Part shown: positions 34,947 through 40,397 of the stretch, in pieces | Layout: the number at the start of each line of letters is the position of its first letter | Numbering within the stretch: position 1 is the first letter of the stretch | Virus record (IMG/VR): IMGVR_UViG_2663763428_000010 | Source of the DNA: a virus | Taxonomy: Duplodnaviria; Heunggongvirae; Uroviricota; Caudoviricetes | Strand: one strand, 5' to 3' | DNA: 40,397 nucleotides | Made by a program: the position numbers and the translations under genes | Notes under the pieces: generated by a model | What the model saw: the letters and a program-made list of their open reading frames with translations, nothing else | Told to the model about the DNA's origin: nothing | Database searches by the model: none

Positions 34947-34961
34947 TCACCTGAAAGGTAA
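34947..34961. promoter_or_regulatory. Operator palindrome variant (TCACCTGAAAGGTAA) between small Bro-C paralog and tailspike
   Basis: One-mismatch family member in the divergent intergenic region 34871-35065. Confidence 0.45.
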
Positions 34962-35065
34962 TATCTATTCGTATTTACAGCCTTTCTATCCATATATGGT
35001 TTTTCAGGTAATAGAATAACCAGATATGCGGCGCAACGGGTGCTGCGGCTATCTGGAGATTTAAC

Positions 35066-37228
35066 ATGACGGTCTCAACCGAAGTTAACCACAACGAATA
35101 CACAGGTAATGGTGTTACGACCACATTCCCTTACACCTTTAGGGTTTTCAATAAATCTGATCTGGTGGTGCAGGTGATTGACCTTGAAGAAAATATCGCT
35201 GTGCTGGCTCCTGATACTGATTACACAGTTACCGGGGCGGGAAGCTATTCAGGTGGGAGCGTTGTGTTGATGTCACCTCTGGCCAACGGATGGCAAATCT
35301 CTATCTCACGTGACTTGCCTGTTACCCAGGAGACTGATCTGCGTAACCAGGGGAAATTTTTCGCAGAGGTACATGAGGATGCGTTCGACAAGCTGACCAT
35401 GCTTATCCAGCAGTGCTTCAGCTTTCTCCGCCTGGCGCTGCGTAAGCCGTCGTTCATCGCGAACTATTACGACGCACTCAACAACCGCATTCGTAATCTG
35501 CGTGACCCGTCACAGGCACAGGATGCAGCAACAAAATCTTATGTGGACTCGGGAGATAATGACAGCACTCATCATGCAGATGGTCTTTTCCAGCGAACTT
35601 TGCGAGTTCCGGAAAGTCAGGTAGGAATCATGGCATCTGTACGAGCCAGAGCAAATATGCTGATTGGATTCAATGACCAGGGGGATCCTGTTCCGATTGC
35701 AGGGCAAACTGAAACGGCAGATTTGGCAATCAAGCTAGCATCAAAAGACGGTGCTGGCTTAGTTGCTACGGAAACAGGAAGAACGGTAGAGGCTTCTATT
35801 CGTGCTGCGTCTGGATCATCACAGGCCCTTTTCCCAAATTTCGTCAATAAATTAACAGCTTATCGGCATGGGGTTTCTGGCTATCAGAACTTATTTCGAC
35901 TCTATGGGTTTGGTTCTTCTGTTGGGGTTGGTGCTACGCTTCCTGATCCAGCAACACAGGCACCAGTTGCTAAATTTTTTGAGTATATGAACGATACGCT
36001 AAATAAGCAGCGTATTTATCCCATTAACTTCACAAACAAATCTGTTAATGGTTCAACGATAAATAATTTTATTGTTAACCAATGGCCTGAAGTTGTTGCT
36101 GAAGGAATATATCCTGATATTGCTTTGTTTATATATGGAATGAATGATTTTCCTACCGCACAATATAATGCCGGGCAAACATTCAATGAAAACGGATTTA
36201 AACAGCGCCTTCGAAATGCTATTAATTTAGTCAGGGAGGCCGGCGGGGATGTTGTGCTAACAACCACACCTCATCCGAATATTTCTGAATATAGCTGGAG
36301 CATGCCGGCTGGAATTTCTCAAATATGGCCTTCATATTCTCCGGCCCCAGTCTCTGATAATAACATTATACCATCTGCCGCAAACTCAAATGTCACGTTT
36401 GAGTGGAATGGGGTAAATATTCAAGCAGGTGTCCGCTTCCTTCGAGGAAACGATGCGATCAGGAAAATCGCTGTAGAAATGGGTTGCGTGCTTATCGATG
36501 TGGAAAAATACTGGTTTGATGCTGTTGCTAAATATGGTGAAACGGCATTATTTGACCGGACCCCTGAAATACAGACTGTTCACCCTAACCTTTTAGGTCA
36601 TCAGCAATCATACTGGCTGGCTTTCGAGGATTTCTTTAGAAATCTGGACAGGAACGGATGGATTCCTGCAGTTGCAAATCATTATGATGTTTTTGATGTC
36701 GGTGGAAAAGCGACTTTCCCTAATCCACGTACTGCAGATATTGATCTGCAGAGCAACGGGATCAGAGATAATGCATACATTCATCGAGATCAATTTGCTC
36801 GTCCTCTACTGACAATCGGTCATACTGGCGTGAGAACCAAGACCTGGTATACCTCTCAAGACCCTGCAGCAAATGCAGGTTATAGCATTAGCTGGATAGA
36901 TTACGGAACTCGTTTTCAAGGTCTGGTAAATACAGGTGAAGTCAAATCCATCGCAATACCAAACAGAACGACGCAGAGAATCCTTATCGATGCTTGGTCT
37001 TCTGCACAAAACACCTGGGCTGAATGTTTAGAGCTACTCGTTGCTAACCGTGAGGGTACCATTTCAATATCGATCACAGGTGAACTCGATACCACTCCAC
37101 CGGCGGGGGGCGGAACGTCAGGCGGACGGCGCTTATTCTCTATTTCAGCGGGGAGTGGTGTATTAAACATAACTGTTAATGTTGATCTCTCTACGCTAAA
37201 AGTTAGAGTCGGCGGTTTCAGCGCTTAA
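35066..37228 (+). CDS. Tailspike / tail fiber with T7 gp17-like N-terminal adaptor and SGNH esterase-like domain
   Basis: 720 aa; N-terminus NHNEYTGNGVTTTFPYTF typical of T7-type fiber N-domains; SGNH-like blocks GFGSS, GMND and VHPN. Confidence 0.75.
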   Translation: MTVSTEVNHNEYTGNGVTTTFPYTFRVFNKSDLVVQVIDLEENIAVLAPDTDYTVTGAGSYSGGSVVLMSPLANGWQISISRDLPVTQETDLRNQGKFFAEVHEDAFDKLTMLIQQCFSFLRLALRKPSFIANYYDALNNRIRNLRDPSQAQDAATKSYVDSGDNDSTHHADGLFQRTLRVPESQVGIMASVRARANMLIGFNDQGDPVPIAGQTETADLAIKLASKDGAGLVATETGRTVEASIRAASGSSQALFPNFVNKLTAYRHGVSGYQNLFRLYGFGSSVGVGATLPDPATQAPVAKFFEYMNDTLNKQRIYPINFTNKSVNGSTINNFIVNQWPEVVAEGIYPDIALFIYGMNDFPTAQYNAGQTFNENGFKQRLRNAINLVREAGGDVVLTTTPHPNISEYSWSMPAGISQIWPSYSPAPVSDNNIIPSAANSNVTFEWNGVNIQAGVRFLRGNDAIRKIAVEMGCVLIDVEKYWFDAVAKYGETALFDRTPEIQTVHPNLLGHQQSYWLAFEDFFRNLDRNGWIPAVANHYDVFDVGGKATFPNPRTADIDLQSNGIRDNAYIHRDQFARPLLTIGHTGVRTKTWYTSQDPAANAGYSISWIDYGTRFQGLVNTGEVKSIAIPNRTTQRILIDAWSSAQNTWAECLELLVANREGTISISITGELDTTPPAGGGTSGGRRLFSISAGSGVLNITVNVDLSTLKVRVGGFSA

Positions 37229-37317
37229 CTATTACCATTTATCCATAAACGGTTTATTGTGTATGATGAACTTACCCAACTAAGGAGGTTCATCATGCAT
37301 AGTAAACGGTGGTCATC

Positions 37318-37719
37318 ATGTCCGCATCGCTAACAGCTGATACGATAAATCAGGGGCTTAGCTACGGTGCGCTGGCGGCAGTCATCGCCGGCGTACCTCC
37401 TGAAGTGGCGCTTGGATCGCTGGCTGGGGCGGTGATTTTTGTTACCTCTGCAGTAGAGTATCCCATTCGTCGTCGTGTGCTCCTGTCGATGCTTAGCTTT
37501 CTCTGCGGACTTCTTTTCTATAAACCAGCAGCATCAATTCTTATCGGCATAGCCAGCCTGATCCCTACCATCACGCAGGACTCTTTCGAGAAAGGGATTG
37601 TTTTCTCTGCTGGTGCATTCGTGTCAGCAATCGTTGCAGTTCGAATTGGCATCTGGCTCTATCACCGTTCCGATAATCCACGCGAGTTAATTCCGAGGAG
37701 AAAAGGCGATGGTAACTAA
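37318..37719 (+). CDS. Holin (three predicted TM segments)
   Basis: About 133 aa from ATG 37318 (track start GTG 37309); hydrophobic helices and charged C-terminus; first gene of lysis cassette. Confidence 0.6.
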   Translation: MSASLTADTINQGLSYGALAAVIAGVPPEVALGSLAGAVIFVTSAVEYPIRRRVLLSMLSFLCGLLFYKPAASILIGIASLIPTITQDSFEKGIVFSAGAFVSAIVAVRIGIWLYHRSDNPRELIPRRKGDGN

Positions 37720-38017
37720 TGAGCTTGTTTTGCTTATCACCAATGCACTTATTTGTACTGGCATAGCAATTCGTGTTGTCACATTCCGGCGTAACGGTTC
37801 ACAACATCGAAGGTGGGGAGGGTGGCTTGCTTATTTCCTTATTGTTGCTGCGGCCAGTATTCCTGTTCGTGTCGTCTATGCAATCTGGTTACGCACGCCA
37901 ATGGCTGTGGATTTATCTGAGGTCATTATCAACGCTGTCATGCTTGCTGCGGTTCTTAAAACTCGCGGTAACGTCGTTCAGATTTTCAAAATAACGAGGT
38001 CTAAACATGGAGATTAA
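37709..38017 (+). CDS. Second holin-like small membrane protein (holin/antiholin candidate)
   Basis: 102 aa with hydrophobic helices; overlaps flanking lysis genes. Confidence 0.5.
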   Translation: MVTNELVLLITNALICTGIAIRVVTFRRNGSQHRRWGGWLAYFLIVAAASIPVRVVYAIWLRTPMAVDLSEVIINAVMLAAVLKTRGNVVQIFKITRSKHGD

Positions 38018-38636
38018 ACAATTCCAGCGAGCTGCTGGTATTAGCGAGGCGCTGGCCGCACGCTGGTTCTCGCATATAACTTCTGCGATGAAAGAGTTTG
38101 GTATCAGCAAACCAGAAGATCAGGCAATGTTTATTGCTCAGGTCGGGCATGAGTCTGGAGGTTTCACCCGGTTGCAGGAAAATTTCAACTACAGCGTCAG
38201 CGGACTGGCTAACTTTGTTCGGGCTGGGCGTCTCACTCAGGGGCAGGCCAACGCATTGGGGCGACGCGCAGGCGAACCACCATTGCCACCTGAGCGCCAG
38301 AGAGCGATTGCCAATCTGGTGTACAGCAAACGCATGGGCAACAATGCTCCTGGCGATGGCTGGAACTACCGTGGGCGCGGACTTATCCAGATTACCGGTT
38401 TGAATAACTATCGTGACTGTGGAAACGGCCTGAAAGTGGACCTGCTGGAAAATCCTGAACTGCTGGCGCAGGACGAATACGCGGCTCGTAGCGCGGCGTG
38501 GTTCTTCTCCAGCAAAGGCTGCATGAAGTATACCGGAGATATTGCACGTGTAACTCTGCTTATCAATGGTGGCCGGAACGGCATTGATGACCGGCGCGCG
38601 CGATACATCACTGCCAGTAAGGTGCTGGCGGTATGA
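38007..38636 (+). CDS. Endolysin, glycoside hydrolase family 19 (chitinase-like lysozyme)
   Basis: 209 aa; [12 protein letters not shown] motif characteristic of GH19; GAGG RBS. Confidence 0.8.
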   Translation: MEIKQFQRAAGISEALAARWFSHITSAMKEFGISKPEDQAMFIAQVGHESGGFTRLQENFNYSVSGLANFVRAGRLTQGQANALGRRAGEPPLPPERQRAIANLVYSKRMGNNAPGDGWNYRGRGLIQITGLNNYRDCGNGLKVDLLENPELLAQDEYAARSAAWFFSSKGCMKYTGDIARVTLLINGGRNGIDDRRARYITASKVLAV

Positions 38637-39130
38637 TCTGGGCATTCGCAAAAGCATACTGGAAACAGTTGGTTATCATGGCGATGCTTGCTGTTCTGGT
38701 CATATCAGGAGTTGTAGCCTGGAATGCACACGGCAGTCGTCAGTACGACGCCGGGTATGCGCAGGCACAGGAAGATCAGAAACAGGCTGATGATAAGGCC
38801 AGGTCACAACGTGATCAGGAGAAAACACAAATTGAACGTGAAGCACAATCCCGTATCGATGTGGCGCGTGTTGATGCTGGGCATGCTAATGCCGCTGCTG
38901 ACAGCCTGCGCGCCGAGCTTGACAAAACCAAGCGACTCGCCGAACACTATACCGGATCTTTCCCCACTGGCACGCCAGCCAGCAAGGTCATCGGTGTGCT
39001 CGCCGACATGCTTGAAGAAAGCAACCGAGTTTACAACGCAACAGCAGCTGAGGCTGAAAAGTATCGGATTGCAGGAGAATCCTGCGAACAGCAATACGAT
39101 TCACTGAAGAAGCAAAAATCGTGGTACTGA
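38633..39130 (+). CDS. Rz-like i-spanin
   Basis: 165 aa; N-terminal TM helix followed by coiled-coil periplasmic domain; ATGA overlap with endolysin stop. Confidence 0.7.
   Translation: MIWAFAKAYWKQLVIMAMLAVLVISGVVAWNAHGSRQYDAGYAQAQEDQKQADDKARSQRDQEKTQIEREAQSRIDVARVDAGHANAAADSLRAELDKTKRLAEHYTGSFPTGTPASKVIGVLADMLEESNRVYNATAAEAEKYRIAGESCEQQYDSLKKQKSWY
38859..39107 (+). CDS. Rz1-like o-spanin lipoprotein embedded in the +1 frame of Rz
   Basis: [17 protein letters not shown] signal with lipobox LLTAC; Pro-rich mature part; fully contained within Rz; exact start among nearby ATGs uncertain. Confidence 0.5.
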   Translation: MWRVLMLGMLMPLLTACAPSLTKPSDSPNTIPDLSPLARQPARSSVCSPTCLKKATEFTTQQQLRLKSIGLQENPANSNTIH

Positions 39131-39257
39131 TTTTCGGTGACGGTATATAAAACGGTACGGTGAAAATCAGGATGCAGAAAGTTGTTGTCAGTCAATTGGT
39201 TATGTATGTCGTAAATAATTGAGTGGGAATGATTTTGATCCCTGCACTATGAATGAA

Positions 39258-39290
39258 CAAAACCCTCTGTTACTACAGAGGGTTTTTTAT
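39258..39290. terminator. Bidirectional rho-independent terminator at right end of lysis cassette
   Basis: AACCCTCTG-TTACTA-CAGAGGGTT hairpin flanked by ACAAAA and TTTTTAT. Confidence 0.7.
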
Positions 39291-39326
39291 CTTCAAGAAT
39301 TATAGGCTTGAAGTTACTTACATCGA

Positions 39327-39866
39327 TTAATTAAACCAGCTGTCCGATTTGTTCTCTTCTGCTTTGCCCACGCTTTTCATCAGATCTCGACCGCCCTCAG
39401 TCATATTCCTGTTTGCGTCAGCTTCAGATTGCACCACATCGGTTTGCGCAGCTTTGTGCTTCAGTTCCTGATCGATAAATTCGTTTTCTCGCTTAACGCG
39501 GGCTTCTTCTTTCGCCAGCGCCAGTTTTTGTTTCTGAATCTCTAAGCTGCGTAGCTCATCTTGATAACTTTGATCGCGTTTTTTGTCCGCAGAGGCTTCG
39601 GCGTCCAGTTTATCCTGACGAGCTTTCTTATTTGCCGCTGCCGTTGTCGCTCTTTTGTTAGCGGCGGCCTGGGCGTTTGCGCGACGTTGCTTCTCTTGCT
39701 GGATTTCCCTGTTGCGCTCCGCGACCCATTCGTCATGCTGCCTTTGCTCTTCATTTTTACCTTGCTGTTCCGCTTCTGCGACAGCAGAGAGTTGATCCTG
39801 CAATGATGAGGCGATAGCCGGATAGCTTAAGGAAGCTAAGATGGCGCAAAGAAAAACTTTCTTCAT
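39327..39866 (-). CDS. Secreted coiled-coil protein (signal peptide; likely host or cargo gene)
   Basis: 179 aa; MKKVFLCAILASLSYPAIA signal-like N-terminus; Lys/Glu/Ala-rich helical body. Confidence 0.55.
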   Translation of the reverse strand: MKKVFLCAILASLSYPAIASSLQDQLSAVAEAEQQGKNEEQRQHDEWVAERNREIQQEKQRRANAQAAANKRATTAAANKKARQDKLDAEASADKKRDQSYQDELRSLEIQKQKLALAKEEARVKRENEFIDQELKHKAAQTDVVQSEADANRNMTEGGRDLMKSVGKAEENKSDSWFN

Positions 39867-39881
39867 GACTCCTCCTGATTA

Positions 39882-40397
39882 TTAGCTCTTTTCAGGACAT
39901 TTGGTATTTGGCTGAATACGCGTTTCGTTATACGTCGTGGTAATAACAACGGCTAAACCTGTCGTAAACTGGCACTCTTTACCCACCTGGGTGGAGGTAT
40001 ACACTTTGGTGCCTTCCTTATACGTTAGAGAAACACCTTCCACTAAGGTTTTATCATTCACCATAGAACCCGCTGCCGCGCCAACAGCTCCGCCGCCAAC
40101 TGCACCTGCCGTCGTTCCGGAATTGCTGCCAGACCCGACGTTGTGGCCAATAACACCGCCAGCGACTGCACCAATAAGCGCGCCGAAGGCTTGTGCGTTT
40201 CGTTTATTTTGGGAGTTGTCTACGGCAACTTTTGCGGGAAGAATGGAAATAATATTAACGGTTTTAGTTTCTTGTTTGGTATTCAGTTGATCGGTTTGAT
40301 AAACATCGGCGGCATGATCATCAGCATTTGACTGGCATCCTGCCAGAGTGAATGACGCTAACATTACCACAGGCAGAAGACATTTTTTAAATTTCAT
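39882..40397 (-). CDS. Lipoprotein with glycine-zipper domain (SlyB-like)
   Basis: 171 aa; lipobox LAGC; Gly-rich GxxxG repeats; start codon at last position of window. Confidence 0.65.
   Translation of the reverse strand: MKFKKCLLPVVMLASFTLAGCQSNADDHAADVYQTDQLNTKQETKTVNIISILPAKVAVDNSQNKRNAQAFGALIGAVAGGVIGHNVGSGSNSGTTAGAVGGGAVGAAAGSMVNDKTLVEGVSLTYKEGTKVYTSTQVGKECQFTTGLAVVITTTYNETRIQPNTKCPEKS

Noticed and set aside
1-40397. Prophage attachment sites (attL/attR)
   Set aside because: The integrase begins at the first base of the window, so the left junction is outside it; no direct repeat of a tRNA 3-prime end was found in the 39130-39330 region at the right end.

Overview
The window is almost an entire temperate podovirus-like prophage (about 39 kb) in an enterobacterial-type genome, followed by about 1 kb of probable host or cargo envelope genes. 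All calls are from reading the sequence and ORF track by eye; no searches were run. Order, left to right: a P4-like tyrosine integrase at the window edge; a leftward early operon (small ORFs, PD-(D/E)xK exonuclease, Bet-like annealing protein, AlpA-like regulator, MT-A70 methyltransferase); an immunity switch with a tandem-HTH repressor lacking a protease domain and a divergent Cro-like gene; lambda-like O/P replication genes with iteron-like repeats inside O; Ea22/DUF551-type accessory genes; terminase small and large subunits; a Gp49-like moron and a tRNA-Arg(UCU) on the minus strand; a T7-like virion module (portal, scaffold, capsid, tail tubular A/B-like, internal virion proteins); an AT-rich moron island (membrane proteins, an overlapping two-gene toxin-like pair, a Bro-N antirepressor, a membrane tandem zinc-ribbon protein); a tailspike with an SGNH esterase-like domain; and a lysis cassette (two holin-like proteins, GH19 endolysin, Rz with embedded Rz1). 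The most striking signal is a 15-19 bp palindrome, (TA)TTACC-N5-GGTAA(TA), found at about 15 sites, always intergenic and at the head of a transcription unit, which looks like a prophage-wide operator network. A second exact 12-bp palindrome, GTGACATGTCAC, occurs three times at operon ends. Attachment sites cannot be determined from this window.
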